From Octopus bimaculoides (taxonomy: Eukaryota), in contig NC_068989.1 in assembly GCF_001194135.2 (NCBI RefSeq), positions 88,446,567 through 88,510,566 on the forward strand: a stretch of 64,000 bases of DNA. The letters are read 5' to 3'. Under the pieces are notes generated by a model. The model ran no database searches and had not been told where the DNA came from. It saw nothing but the letters and a program-made list of their open reading frames with translations. Positions 11,631-25,830 of the stretch are shown here, piece by piece; the stretch's first letter is position 1; the number at the start of each line of letters is the position of its first letter. The translations under genes were made by a program, and so were the position numbers.

Positions 11631-12030
11631 TCATCATCATCATCGTCGTTTAACGTCCGCTTTCCATGCTAGCATGGGTTGGACGATTTGACTGAGGACT
11701 GGTGAACCGGATGGCTGCACCAGGCTCCAATCTGATTTGGCAGAGTTTCTACAGCTGGATGCCCTTCCTAACGCCAACCACTCCGAGAGTGTAGTGGGTG
11801 CTTTTACATGCCACCGGCATGAAGGCCAGTCAGGCAGTACTGGCAACGGCCATGCTCAAAATGGTGTATTTTACGTGCCACCTGCACAGGAGCCAGTCCA
11901 GCAGCACTGGCAACGATCTCGCTCAAATGTCTTTACACATGCCACCGGCACAAGTGCCAGGAAGGCGACGCTGGGCACAGGTGCCATCACGATTTCGTTT
12001 GCCCCAACAGGTCTTCACAAGCCGAGTTTA
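11631..12030 (-). mobile_element. Young RTE-derived 3' end retrocopy
   Basis: Near-identical by eye to 54426-54740 and 61080-61268; CpGs largely intact; (CAT)n tail. Confidence 0.9.
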
Positions 12031-12374
12031 ATAGCAAGTGATAATATCTACTTGATATATGCGACTGAGTCTGTGCTATTAAAGGAGAAATGACTGACAT
12101 GATCCCACTGGAGAATATTTTTTGAGGTCCCTATTTAGAAAGCCAGTGTCAGCTTGGTGTGAGATGTCTGGATTACGATAACATTGTCAGTGTGATGGTG
12201 CAAGCCACAGGTTTGCTACAATACTAACTTATCATTATCATTTTATGCCACGACACTTGCCAAAAGTGCCATACTGTGGAACTGAACATGAAACCACATG
12301 GTTGAGAAACAAGCTTCTTAACCACACAGCCACATCTGCACTTATAACCAGGAGAGAACTTCTTGATCGATTGA

Positions 12375-12655
12375 CCTGCTCAAAATAACAGCCAAATTAC
12401 CCTCAAATCATAACTTAGTACCTTAAAAAGACAAAGAGCAATTAATATAGTCAGATATACAATAACATACAACAAACACAAAGCAGAATGGTCAAGGCTA
12501 GAACCCTTTTTATCAAAGACTTGACTTAGAGTTAAACAACATAATATAAAATGGTGCTGCCCTCTGCATGGAGTTGTCCACCAACACATTGGAATTGAAA
12601 CCATGATCTTGCGATTCTGAGTGCAACATCCTAACCACTAGACCATGCAGTACTA
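12375..12655 (-). mobile_element. tRNA-derived SINE, minor family
   Basis: Minus strand TGGTCTAGTGGTTAGG A-box and GGTTTCAATTCC B-box; tail GAGGGTAATTTGGCTG shared with fragments near 640-700. Confidence 0.6.
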
Positions 12656-13699
12656 ACCAATCATTGTGCATCACAATGCAATAGTTTTTAATGGTGGTAT
12701 GATGATAGCTGACAGATGTATGATCGTAAATTGTTGGGCAGTAGGTGTACTGCACTAACTGGTTTAAAACCACCTTCTGGCTCTTGGGCACCACCTTTAG
12801 CAGAGTTCACTCTGCTGTAAGTATCTGGATCAGGCCTCGAGTTTCAGGATTTCCGTAGGTACCTGGATAGTGGTATATAATAACATTGGTTAGTATATAC
12901 CACTAGTATATATCATGTGTGAAAAAATGACAGTGAGAGTGAGGTAGTGACAACAAAGATTTATAGAGGCTGGAGTGAAGTAGATAAAGCATAATTTATT
13001 GGGTAGGTAAAGTTCACCTGCATGAAAAGCAGAGTGTAGTTGGTTGGCCCAGTTGGTGGTTAAGAAGTTTGCTTCAAAACCATGCGGTTTTGAGTTCAAT
13101 CCCACTGCACAGAACTTTAGGCCCCTGTCGTCTACCACAGCCTTGAACTGACCAATACTCTTTGAATAAAACTCAGTAGACAGAGATTATATGAAAACCG
13201 ATCATATTTCAGTAAGGTCAAGCGACCTCATAATGACTCTTTTGTTAGCACGATATCTGTTGATTGAAAAGGGTGAAGCCACATTTCAATTCTTGGACTA
13301 GGTGGTGCACTACATTCTGAAGTAAAATATTTAATTTCTCATTAACACATACGGACATAATGTATCATAATTAACTACAACACACAACACAGATATACAT
13401 GTAGCCTCATTTATCACAGATTCATTCAGCAATAACCAGGGATAATACAGCAAGCTCAATTTTGTGAACTGTGTTATGCTGATCATCGATTGACCTGTGA
13501 TAACATGGGTCAGCAAACAAAGATTCTGCTTGTATCACAAAAATGTGTCCCAGTGGCCACCCACACTGCTCAACTACCCAGAATGCATTCATATGACTCT
13601 TCTGTGAGGCTGTGTATTTTTTTATACAGATTTATGTACTTGTACCCATCAACATGGAACCAGTGAACAGAAAATATACAATGGTGCTTGATTCTAACA

Positions 13700-13860
13700 A
13701 ATGACTCAGATGAGGGTATTCGCTACAGGAAAAGATATGGATGATCAAGAATGTGATGGTTGAAGCTTCACACAGTGGGCCACGAGTTTGGTGTTAATGA
13801 ATCTACCATTCGTTTCCATTTATAAAATGTGTAGAGATGATTCATCTACTACTGTTTCAT
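13700..13860 (+). mobile_element. pogo/Tigger transposase N-terminal HTH relic
   Basis: LQEKIWMIK and, after a frameshift, GHEFGVNESTIRF match the psq/CENP-B-type HTH of pogo transposases. Confidence 0.55.
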
Positions 13861-13924
13861 TTATCAGTTTTTTTTAGAACCAAACCCGTGTGGTAAACAA
13901 GGGTTGATATATCCTCAACAATAT

Positions 13925-14138
13925 TCTTTTCTACTCTAGGTACAAAGCAAGAGGGGAGGGGGGGTGACCAGTTAATTAGATCAACCCCAGTACGCAACTG
14001 GTACTTAATTTATTGACCCTCCGAAAGGATGAAAGGCAAAGTCGACCTTGGTGGAATTTGAACTCAGAACATAAATACAGAAAAATACCGCTAAGCATTT
14101 TGCCCAGTGTGCTAACGTTTCTGCCAGCTTACCACCTT
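13925..14138 (-). mobile_element. tRNA-derived SINE, family A, with TSD
   Basis: Family A sequence; flanks TATCCTCAACAATATT / TATCATCAACAATATT form an about 16-bp TSD. Confidence 0.9.
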
Positions 14139-14384
14139 ATCATCAACAATATTGCCCTACTCGTAAAGAACATTGGTCACCAGAGGAAATTTCTGATGCC
14201 AGGCGGTCAATCTTGGTCTTCACTTGACTCAGGACAACAGAGCCAGCAAGAGAATACTCTGTGGAAACATACAGTTGACAATCAATTAAACAAACATGTA
14301 GCTTTTTAACATGGAGACATGTTTTTTCATCTGATCTCCAATGAGCCTAAACTAGTGTTTATCAGGGTTTAATATTGTCTCCCA

Positions 14385-15090
14385 CTTTCTTCCTTGTATA
14401 CATCAATGACATCCTTGCCTGCCACATGCAACACCACCTGCCCTTATGGAGATTACATGACCCTTCATTGCTCATTAACTTTCCTTAAACAAGCATCATC
14501 CACATGCAGTCTAGACATCACATGCTAAACCTGTACTCACTCTACAAAGTCCTTGAAAGTATCTTCCACAGAGGTCATGCCAACTTTGTCTTTTTTAACT
14601 GCAGAAACACTCAATCAAAAAGCACCACCACACCACACTACATCCATTCTTATAAGCAGCACTCTGTTAAAGCCCTCACAATTACTCCAAATACAGGGCC
14701 TCACTATCACCGAGGATTTCTGCTAGTGAATGCACCCTTAACATAGCGAGAATCATGTCCCAAGTACTAGCCCTTCTCTTTAGAGCCAGAAGATACTTCA
14801 GTCCCCACAGCTGCTCTTCATATGGCACCAACACAGGTGCTATTCATGTGACACTGGCATGGGTGCTTAATGCCAAATAAGTATACTAAAATGGTTGTGT
14901 CAAAATGTCTCATATCCAACCAACCCATCGCTCGTTTCATCCACCCCACCACCTCCACTTCCTCACACCAATCAGTTATTCCCAATCCTTCTTCCCCAGT
15001 ATGTTGGCTCACTGGAATCTCCTCCCTGCTTATGTCTTTCCTGCAGACTTTAAACTGCAATAGTTTAAATGCAACATTAATGGCAACAAT
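14385..15090 (+). mobile_element. CR1/Jockey-type LINE 3' portion, decayed and internally deleted
   Basis: YINDIL..YGDYMTLH (RT YADD region), GLTITEDF..ALLFRARRYFSP, and SFFPSMLAHWNLLPAYVFP (C-terminus). Confidence 0.7.
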
Positions 15091-17689
15091 CTTACCATTT
15101 CTGGAGAGCCTGGAAGAACCATGGGCTCTGCACCTCAGGACTCAACAAGTAAAAAATAGATAATAAAAAGTCTTTTGTGTGGTAAGAAGTTTGCTTCCCA
15201 ACCACAATGATTTCAGTCCCACTGCATGGCACCTTGGGCAAATGAATTCTACTATAGCCTCAGGGTAACCAAAGCCTTGTGAGTGAATTTGGTTAATAGA
15301 AACTGAAAGAAGCCTGTTGTATATACAGTTGTATATACAGATGTGTGTGTGTCTTTGTGCCTGTGTGTGGTACTATGTCTTTTCATCCGACATCACTTTG
15401 TACAACGTCTTTTCGTCCCCAACATCCTTTTGTCTGATGATTTTTTTTGTCCAACAACAAATCCAAACAACAAATCCAATCAATAAATCTGATCTGGCAG
15501 AGTTTCTACAGCTGGATGCCCTTCCTAATGCAACCACTCCGAGAGTGTAGTGGATGCTTTTTATGTAAAACTGGTACAGGGGCCAGTCAGGCGGCACTGG
15601 CATCGACCACATTCGGATGGTGCTAGAAAAAGTTCAGAGTTGTAACTTTTGCTGGTAACAAAGAGTTTCTCGCTCAGAGTGAAGGGCTGATTGTATGATA
15701 CTTGTGTAAGAAGTGTGGCCCTGGATGATAGTGGAGCACAGGCCTGGAATGCAAAGGATTTGCAAAAGATTATTAGAAAGAGAAAGGAACCAAGTATGCC
15801 TTGCTGGGTGTGTAATACATGTCAGAAGGGCAGAGTACAAATGAGCAAAGGGGAAATCTGTGTATAAAAGAAATTAAATGTCAAAGGCACGAGAGAAGGC
15901 TGTGATGGTAGAGGAATCTGATATAAAAGGAGAATGAGATAGATATAAAAGAAAAAGTGCAGAGTGCTCAAAGTGGATGGAACCTATGGAAAAGGGAGAT
16001 GAAGACAGAGGGTGAAGATTGATCTCAGGATATTGAGTTTCACAGAAATGAAAAAGAACTGTAATGATTGGTGACATGCAATACAGGAAAAGACTTGTGC
16101 AAGCATGGCATAACAAACATTAAAATAATGGAGTCTGGGATGTACAATAAATTTACATGGAGCCTGGTGCAGCCTTCTGGCTTGCCAGTCCTCAGTCAAA
16201 TCGTCCAACCCATACTAGCATGGAAAGTGGACGTTAAACGATGATGTCTCTAGCCCAATAGGTTTCTGCAGCCTTGATATTATCTTTTCTCTCAATCACT
16301 CTTTTTCCTATTCATTGTATCCTGCTTTATTCCATGTAACAAGGAATGTCATTGGATCTATCCAACACTCTCTCATCTGTCTGAAAATCCCTCCCTAACT
16401 CCCTCCTCTATTAACTATATCATGTTGCTCACATAACAAGGAACGGTACTAGCCCTACCTGTACTGAATTCCCTTCCAACCGGCATCCTTATCATTCCAC
16501 CTCTTCCACCCATCACGATGTGGATAGAGGATTGCATCAGATCTGTTTGGACCCTATACACTCTATCATCCTTTCTGTTCTACACGTCATCACATCCTCT
16601 TTCAAAGACACTCATTATTAATATCCCTTACTCTTTCTCTCCCTCACCTAACCTATCACAATTCATCACTCTCTCCCTTTCTACCACCATACTTCTGCTC
16701 CCTTCACCCACAAGCAAGTCAGACAGACTTCTTTTACCATGAAATCATCATCATCATCATCATTTAACATCCATTTTCCATGCTGACATGGGTTGGATGG
16801 TTTGACAGGAGCTGACAAGCCAGAGGGCTGCACTAGGCATCAGTTGGCTTTTTACAGCTGGATACCCTTCCTAACACCAACCACCTTACAGAGTGTATTG
16901 GGTGCTTTTTACATAGCACCAGCACAGGTGCTTTATATGTGCCACCTCAATAGAGCTGGTGGAAAGGAAAAAGGCATCCAACCATAGGAACCAGCCCACC
17001 TCTATTTATAATAATTTTCCAAGCCACAAAAGCAGAGTTTAAGATTGGCTGTCTGTGGGATATCTTATACGTTAATGATTGAATACTTAAAATAGAGTCT
17101 GAAGAAATTTTTGATGAAGAAGCAAAACTTAGAATCAAGAAGCCTCAGTTTGCTTCCCAATCATATGATCCTGAGTTCAGTACCACTGCATGGCAACTTG
17201 AGAGAGCGTCTTCTATTATAGCCCTGAGGAAACCAAAGCCTTGTGAGTGGATCTGGGAGATGGAAACTGAAAGAAACTCATGTGTGTATGTGTCTGTCTG
17301 TCTAAATGTGTGTGCATACCTTTGTCTTGACATCATGCAATGACTGTAAACAGACATCACTGTCATACAAACGGTGTTGTTCATCCCTTGTCTTCCATGG
17401 CGAAATATTACCTTACTTGGAAACTGGTGAGGGTTGCAACAAGAAAAGCATCCAATCAGAGAAAATATACCATAACAAATTCCATCTGACCCAAGCAAGC
17501 ATAGAAAAATGGATGTTAAATGATGATGAAAGTACACAAGAAACTGCTGGCATCAGGGAAATGGTTTTGATCAGTATGAAGAGAAAAATATGTGAACAGG
17601 AATTAATATACAGCAAATACAATGTGAACAATGAGTGTACAGGAAGTCACTCTGCCAGAAATTTGGAAACGATATGCTGTACTGCTTGA

Positions 17690-18611
17690 CATTCACGCCA
17701 GAAGCTCCAATACAAACATTTCAGAGTGTTTGGGTGTCAGTCTGAGGACAGAGCAATCTGAGGACAGAGCAATCTGAGGACAGAGCAATCTGAGGACATG
17801 TATCAAAAGTGATAAAAATCAAACATCCAGTCAACATCATGGTGTTTGGAGTGATTACTAGTGATGGCAACTAGTGATGCCTCCATTCATCTTCCCACAC
17901 AGCCTCACACTCAACACGGAGGCCTGCATCAAGTGTCTGGAGGAGGTAGTGCTGCTCTGGGTCAAGAGGATGGCTGCTGGTAGACCCTATGCCTGGCAAC
18001 AGGACTCTGCACCATGCCACACAAACAGGAGAACTCAGTCAAGGTTGCCAGATAATTTCTGTGACCACCTCACCCCTAGCTTCTGGCCACCTAACTCCCC
18101 AGACTGCAACCCTCTTGATTATTATGTGTGGGATGCAGTTGAGCGACAGACCAACAAAACTTCCTGTAACACTAAATATGAACTGAAGGCAAGGATTATG
18201 GCAACATTCACCAACTTAAACAAGGAGACCATCCAGAAGAGTTGCAGGAGATTCTGAAGTTGTCTGGGGGCCATGGTTGAAGGCAATGGCGATTTTATTG
18301 AATAAATTTACTCTTTAGTATTTCAAGATATTTTCATGTAATTTTCGTAAATATATCNNNNNNNNNNNNNNNNNNNNNNNNNNNNNNNNNNNNNNNNNNN
18401 NNNNNNNNNNNNNNNNNNNNNNNNNNNNNNNNNNNNNNNNNNNNNNNNNNNNNNNNNNNNNNNNNNNNNNNNNNNNNNNNNNNNNNNNNNNNNNNNNNNN
18501 NNNNNNNNNNNNNNNNNNNNNNNNNNNNNNNNNNNNNNNNNNNNNNNNNNNNNNNNNNNNNNNNNNNNNNNNNATATATATATATATATACAATATATTC
18601 ACTGCACCCTG
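17690..18611 (+). mobile_element. Tc1/mariner DD37D (maT-type) transposon relic, internally deleted
   Basis: WQQD...WPPNSPDCNPLD with 37 residues between the last two catalytic Asp. Right terminus CACCCTG|TA at 18605-18613, after the gap. Homologous to 52113-53198. Confidence 0.9.
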
Positions 18612-18944
18612 TACATATATAATATATATATGTGTGTGTGTGTAGATATGGCTGTGTGATAAGAAGCTTGCTTCCTGACCACATGGTTCCAGGTTCAGTC
18701 CACTGCATGGCACCTCGGGCAAGTGTCTTCTACTATAGCCTTGGGCCAACCAAAACTTGTGAGTTGCTTTGGCATATGGAAACTGAAAGAAGCCCATGAT
18801 ATATCATCATTATCATTTAACATCCATCTTCCAAGCATGCATGGATAGGATGGTCAACAGAAGCCAGCCAGGTATAAGACTACCCCAGGCTACTGAGTCT
18901 GTTTTGGTAGGGTTTTTATGGCTGGATGCCCTTCCAAATACATA

Positions 18945-19250
18945 CAGCTGTGTGAAGAAGTGTCGATCTCTAACAGTGGAGGGAAGCTGTGGAAGAGGGA
19001 GACCCAGGGAAACACGGGACAAGGTGGTGAAGCATGATCTTCGAATGTTGGGCCTCACTGAGGCAATGACTAGTGACCAAGATCTTTGGCAATATGCTGT
19101 GCTTGAGAAGACCCGTCAAGTCAAGGAAAATCATAGTTGAGGCCATTGTCGGTGTTACATAACTGGCACCTGTGCCGGTGGCACATAGAGAGCACCTTTC
19201 GAGTGTTGGGCTACACAGAGGTAATATGCCAGAGGTCACACAAAGGACAT
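18945..19250 (+). mobile_element. RTE LINE ORF C-terminus and start of 3' UTR
   Basis: CVKKCRSLTVEGSCGRGRPRETRDKVVKHDLRMLGLTEAMTSDQDLW, the typical RTE GRPxKTW motif region; homologous to 59680-59870. Confidence 0.85.
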
Positions 19251-20289
19251 AGTCATGTTAAAGAAGCTGGCAATTTTTGAGTTGCAGTGGTTGGTGGTTA
19301 GAGCCACTTACATGGTATGCCTCTTCATTCCCTGTGTTAGATTGGAATCTGCTGTCTGAAAGAGAAAGGAAAAAGTTGAAATTTGACATATGCTGCATAA
19401 CATTACATTAGCTTATCCTCCATTAATGGACCACTATGGTTTGTTCNNNNNNNNNNTTTTGAGTTGCAGTGGTTGGTGGTTAGAGCCACTTACATGGTAT
19501 GCCTCTTCATTCCCTGTGTCAGATTGGAATCTGCTGTCTGAAAGAGAAAGGAAAAAGTTGAAATTTGACATATGCTGCATAACATTACATTAGCTTATCC
19601 TCCATTAATGGACCACTATGGTTTGTTCACAAACACTCTGTACTGGCATATATCATCATCATCATTATCATCATCATCATCGTTTAGCGTCCGTTTTCCA
19701 TGCTGGCATGGGTTGGACAGTTTGACTGAGGTCTGGAAAGCCAGTGGCTGCACCAGGCTCCAATTTGATCTGGCAACCTTTCTACAGCCGGATGCCCTTC
19801 CTAACACCAACCACTCCAAGAGCGTAGCAAACGCTTTTTACATGCCACCGGCACAGGAGCCAGCCAGGCGGGCCTGGCATTGATCACATTCCGATAGTGC
19901 TTTTTGTGTGTCACTGGCACGGGGGCCATTTGGCGGGTACTAGCATCGGCCACGTTCGGATGGTGCATTTTACGTGCCACCAGCACAAGAGTGAGTTTTA
20001 AAATATCCTATTCATCATCATCATCATCATCGTNNNNNNNNNNCAGAGAGTGTAGTGGGTGCTTTTATACTTTTATAATTAAATATCATTAGAAACTGCA
20101 TTAAAAAATAAGATATTTGGTGTATTTGAAAAGTATAAGCAATTTATTATACATAAATCTTAAGAAAGAAAATTTTATATGCACCCCCACCCCCCACCAA
20201 GGTCAAATGTAGCCTGGTTTTGAATGGTTGTATTACATCACAGAACCTGTATTTCCACCAACAAGGTATACTTTGCTCTTTTCATTGCA

Positions 20290-20600
20290 CTGTCCTCTTC
20301 AATGCTGCCCTTCCAATGGCCTTTGCAACATGGTCAGAGCTCCTGACCAAAAGCTTTTGCACAACTGCTAATCATGCACTTCAGAGTCCCTCACAACTAG
20401 CACAGAAGGTAAACTTGAGACTCCATCTTCCTCCGGTAGAAGAAGCTGTATAAGCTTGGTTGTCATGCAGAAACCAGATAAAGAATTGTATTCAATAGGG
20501 CTGGGTTTTCCAAAACCGTTGAAGTCCACAGTGAGGTTTTGAAAACTGTTTGGACATGGTGCCTGTTCAGAGCCTCTCAATCCTGTCCAAAAAGTAAATA
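20290..20600 (-). mobile_element. Decayed RLE-type (HERO-like) non-LTR retrotransposon fragment
   Basis: WKTQPY*IQFFIWFLHD followed after a frameshift by LLC*L*GTLKCMISSCAKAFGQ. Resembles the WKMEPxRIxFLIxSVYD and CxLCxxxGTLxHILSSCxKALGQ motifs recalled for HERO elements. Confidence 0.45.
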
Positions 20601-20785
20601 TCCAGAGTGATTTATGAGGTCCTATTCCTTAGGTAATTATGTCTAAATGTTTCAAAGACATATATGAATACATGCGTATGTGAGAGAGTAAATAACTATA
20701 TATAAACACACACACACATATATATATATATAAACATGTAGGTAGATATATATATATATATATATAGATATATATATAAACATGT

Positions 20786-20851
<66 letters not shown>

Positions 20852-20854
20852 GAG

Positions 20855-22130
20855 TAGAGATACCCGGCTTTGCCCGTGTCACATGGAATTGAACAATTAG
20901 ACTTTTCTTTTATATTGTCTCTAATGAACTGGAATATCTATGATTCGAATTTCATCAAAATTGGAGATTAAGAATTTTAATGATGGTTCTTCCCTTCTTT
21001 ACACACCCTAACAAAAATTCTAATCATGACATATTTATCCCATACTACTCATCTTTATTCTCAGATTCCAAAATCCATATCTTATGAAACCTATTCTGAA
21101 GGTTTTTGCTCCTGAAAATTGGAGCACATGGAGCTCTAAAATGTGGGAGTTAAGGCCCCTATTGGGGAGGGGATCTTAAAGTCAACCAGAGAAGTTGAAT
21201 TGTTGGGAATCTTTTTTGTGTCTTATATTTATTGTTCAAATTTCTTTGAAATCAGAAATATATGAATATGGGTTTGTAAACGAGAGCAAAGCTACAGGAA
21301 ACTAAAAGATGGATGATCACAATAAGCAGTCAGCTACCCTACCCTAGTTGTTACCACTCTCCAATGTGGGATTCCTCACCATACAGGTGACCGGCACAGC
21401 CATAAGATGTATTACAGATCTATAGCAATTGGAAGGGCATGACCCAACAGAAATAAACATTAACAACTGTGTGACATGAGGGCTAAGGGGAAATGAAAGT
21501 GTCACCTCTGGAGTTTGCTAATGATCACTATTCCAGAAGGTAAATCGACAGAATAAATTTGCAATCTATAAATCTCTCTGAATGACCAGTCACTTATCTG
21601 GGATGGCCTTGAAATCAATGTTATCATCTGGGGACTATCTCTGATCCAGTGATAATAAAAAGACTCAAAGGAGGTCTGCAATGAAATAACTTTACTCAAC
21701 ACTTTGCAACTGAATCAGTGGAGGCAAAGATGCTTCTCCTTTACTTGAGAATTTATGCACCACATTGCAGAAATCACAATCTAAGAATATTTCAAAGCAA
21801 ACTCTGACACTGTTGTACCATTGAATTACAAATAACACTCATCTTTTATGTTCGGGTGACCCTACAGCTTCCAAGAGTACAATTGTATTCTTCTTGGCTC
21901 AGGAAAAATAACTAAATTGTGGGGATTAAGTCCCCATTAAGGGGTCTTAATAACTCCTAAGAATTTGAAATTTTAGAAATATTACTTCATTTGTATTTAA
22001 TATCTATGGTTAAAATTTCATCAACAGCAAAAATATATGAATTTTCATGGGGGTCATAGCCTCATTTATTCCCCCTCACTTTCAAAGATATACTGCATTA
22101 CATCTGTCCTTATGCATAGAATATATATGT
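20855..22130. mobile_element. Possible Helitron/Helentron-type non-autonomous element
   Basis: TAGAGATACCCGGCTTTGCCCG start motif, AAATTTCATC segments, short palindrome CCCCATTAAGGGG, microsatellite flanks. Boundaries uncertain. Confidence 0.3.
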
Positions 22131-22228
22131 ATGTATATATATATGTATGCATGTATATATGTGTATATATATGTGTACATATTACATATATATCTATATA
22201 TATACATACATATATATGTACATATATA

Positions 22229-22278
<50 letters not shown>

Positions 22279-22302
22279 TGCATACATATTTATACATATA
22301 TA

Positions 22303-22333
<31 letters not shown>

Positions 22334-23017
22334 CTATATCAATACGTAATATATATTTATATATATGTATTATGTATGCATCTATGTACGTGTGTATATA
22401 TGTATGCATGCGTGTATATATGTGAGATAATAGTTTCACTTTAATAGTTTCAGTATTAATAGTGGAACTATTAAAGTCAGAGTATTACAATAGAGAGATG
22501 TTATTGTTTCACTTTTCACACATAATACTGAAATAGTAGAAGATATAAGAGATTGCTCTGGGGTCGCATCAGGCAAGAAATTGGAAATTTTTATGGCCCA
22601 TGACACTACATGGACCTATGACAGTCGGGGGATTATTATATATGTATGTGTCACATATATTACTGAAGTCTACTTTCTCAATGCCAGTATGAGTTGTGCA
22701 GCACTCACTATCATGTTGGTGACAGGAAGGGCATCCAGCTGTAGAATATTACCTCAATAGCTCCTAAAATGTATGATTACGCACCATACATACATCTAGA
22801 GCCACACAAACACGAGTATGTGTGTGCAAATAGATAGATAGATAGATAGATATTGCTATACAGGTATATATTGCAATACATACATATATTTATATATAAA
22901 TATACACACACACACATATATTTCTACTTATACACACAGGCATTATTTATAATTAAAAGATATACATGCATATATGTACTTATAATCTAAATATATACTT
23001 ACATATATGTATATACG

Positions 23018-23068
<51 letters not shown>

Positions 23069-23225
23069 NNNNNNNNNNATATATATATATATGTATATAT
23101 GTATATATATACACACATACATACACACTCATGTATATATATGCGTGTGTTTATATATATATATATTTATATATATATGTATATATATACACACATACAT
23201 ACACACTCATGTATATATATGCGTG

Positions 23226-23309
<84 letters not shown>

Positions 23310-23340
23310 GCATTATACATATGTGTGTGTGTGTACGATT
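22120..23340. repeat. Long compound (AT)n/(ATGT)n/(AC)n microsatellite tracts
   Basis: Direct reading. Similar tracts at 20700-20850, 23750-23945, 24590-24930, 25500-25760 and 28305-28510. These generate the YIYI-type ORFs. Confidence 0.95.
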
Positions 23341-23879
23341 ATATACGCATATATTCTTTATTTCAAATCGAAGATGGAAACGTGAAAATGGTGAGAGAAA
23401 AAAATTCTCTTCCTTTTTGCAATCATGTTTTTCATAAGCATCGCTGAACACGGAGAATGACGGGGATGATGATCATAATAATAATAATAATAACAATAAT
23501 AATAACAACAATAATGGTTTCTAAAATAATAATAATTATTATTATTATTATTATTATTATTGTATCATGATCGCGTTTTTTTTAATAAAGATTTACTAAT
23601 GGTCAGTCACGAAAATTGAAAGCAAGGGAGTTGTTTACTTTGGTCAGTTCGTAATGTTATTGTTGGACGACGGAACGAAGAGTGAACTGTAGATAAATAG
23701 AGGGAGATTTATACATCTCTAGCTAAAACGGTTATTATACATCTTCATACATACACACATATATATATATGTATATATATAAACACATACATATATATTG
23801 ATATAGATATACACACATACATATATATGGATATAGATATACATACATGCATGTGTATGATGTATATTCATAGGTATGT

Positions 23880-23941
<62 letters not shown>

Positions 23942-24263
23942 AAGCATATACACATATATGTTATTCGTGTTTACTTTTTATCCCATCAACAGTAAATTAG
24001 TGCTTTCGTTACTATTTCCAAATCGGAAACATTTCATACACGATGGGCTGACAGACAGAGAGGAAAAGCGAAATAATTATTGCACAACGGATGCATATAA
24101 TATGTATATAAACACATACACTCAGATCAAATAAAAAAAATAAAATTTGAGAGGGAGACCCACAGAGAGAGAGAGAGAGACCGAGGGACAAACAGGGAGG
24201 CTGAGACAGAGAGAAGATGAAAGGATAACAAAAATGGCAAAAGGAGGTGAGAGAAGAACTTAC

Positions 24264-24530
24264 CTGATTAGGAAGAAAAAGTTTATGGTAGGAGGTAGAA
24301 AATACGTGAAACTTTTAGAATCATTGAGTAAAAGAAGCGGATGGGCAAGCACCACAATGTGGCGTGGCTCCGTTCTGACAGGAACCCATAACCCAGCTTT
24401 GGTTTATTGTCTTGTTGTTGTTTTATTTGTTGTTGTTGTTCTGTTATAGTTTTTCATTTTGTTTTTTTGTTTTTGTGTTTTGGTGTGTGTGCGCAGGGGA
24501 GGGGTCAGTAAGGGGGGAGGAGGTGAAACC
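24264..24530 (-). other. Candidate non-coding first exon (promoter B)
   Basis: Donor CAG|GTAAGT at 24263-24258; CpG-containing; only short ORFs (MGSCQNGATPHCGACPSASFTQ* at 24389-24321). The 5' boundary is a guess. Confidence 0.5.
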
Positions 24531-24533
24531 GGA

Positions 24534-24545
24534 CCGGAAGTGACG
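24534..24545 (+). promoter_or_regulatory. ETS/GABP-type site overlapping a CRE half-site
   Basis: CCGGAAGTG at 24534-24542 and TGACG at 24541-24545 in a CpG-rich patch; typical housekeeping promoter motifs. Confidence 0.55.
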
Positions 24546-24679
24546 ACACGAAACCAAAATCGTACACTTTATACGTTAAAAAAGACTTTATTTATATATA
24601 TATATATATATATATACATATATAATATATGATATATACATATGCATACACGAATATTTATATATACATAAATGTGTTA

Positions 24680-24710
<31 letters not shown>

Positions 24711-24770
24711 CATACATGCATATATATATAAACTAACATATATAGATATACATATACACACACAAATATG

Positions 24771-24803
<33 letters not shown>

Positions 24804-24876
24804 AATACATACACACATACTGTATAAACATACACACTATATACATACACTATATATATATATATACACACACTGT

Positions 24877-24909
<33 letters not shown>

Positions 24910-25505
24910 CATACATACATGCATAAATATACACATTTTGCATTCATATGCATATATATTGCATAAATGCACACACATACACATAAATTTCGTTGACAAA
25001 TAATATCATATGCAATATTTAAAAATAAAATTTTTTTAAAAACATTTTTTGCAATCTAACTAAATTGAAAAAAATTCCGTTCCTTTATTATTATTATTGT
25101 TGTTATTGTTGTTTCGTTACTTTTTTGTTTCCTTTTCCTGTTACTCTATTTAAAAATAAATAAATAAATAAATAAACTAAATTTTTAAAAAATAACTCAA
25201 TGAAATGTGTCTAAAGTATGCTTGCAAAATTAATTTTGCAAATTTTATTTGTAAATGTGATGCTAAGCTAAAAACTAACAGAATCGGAAGAACAAAAATA
25301 AAAATAAAATAAAATAAAAAAATAAAAGATGGAAATAAAATTTAGTGAAGAGTCAAAAAAGCTAAGAAACAGAAAAGAAAAAAAAGACAGCTGCCAGGTG
25401 AAGTTTTGCTTTTTGGATAATTGGGTGGGTTTCGATTTGTGTGCGTGCGTTTGTGATTTATTGTCTCTTTTTGTTTCCATATATAAATGTGTGTATGTAG
25501 TTATT

Positions 25506-25540
<35 letters not shown>

Positions 25541-25553
25541 ATATATATATATA

Positions 25554-25599
<46 letters not shown>

Positions 25600-25721
25600 C
25601 ATATATATATATATATATTAGTCATATACGTAAATGACAGACAACACCGGATTCTTTTAAGAGTCAGCGAGACTCGAAATATGTACATGTCCAGTGGCGC
25701 CCTTTCGATACAACATACATT

Positions 25722-25755
<34 letters not shown>

Positions 25756-25830
25756 GCACGGCTGCAAAAAAATATAGTGTACAAGAACCGGTGTAGAAAG
25801 ACAATTCACCAAAACTAAGACATTACTTAC

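Noticed and set aside
19277-19627. Near-exact ~170-bp tandem duplication
   Set aside because: The copies sit either side of a 10-N join; most likely an unmerged contig overlap. The same pattern occurs at 29777-29884 and about 4957-4976.
22037-25818. Many 70-146 aa ORFs ([14 protein letters not shown] types)
   Set aside because: Translations of dinucleotide microsatellites or N gaps; no coding signature. The same applies to ORFs across 34903-37663, 40671-41994 and 48100-48760.
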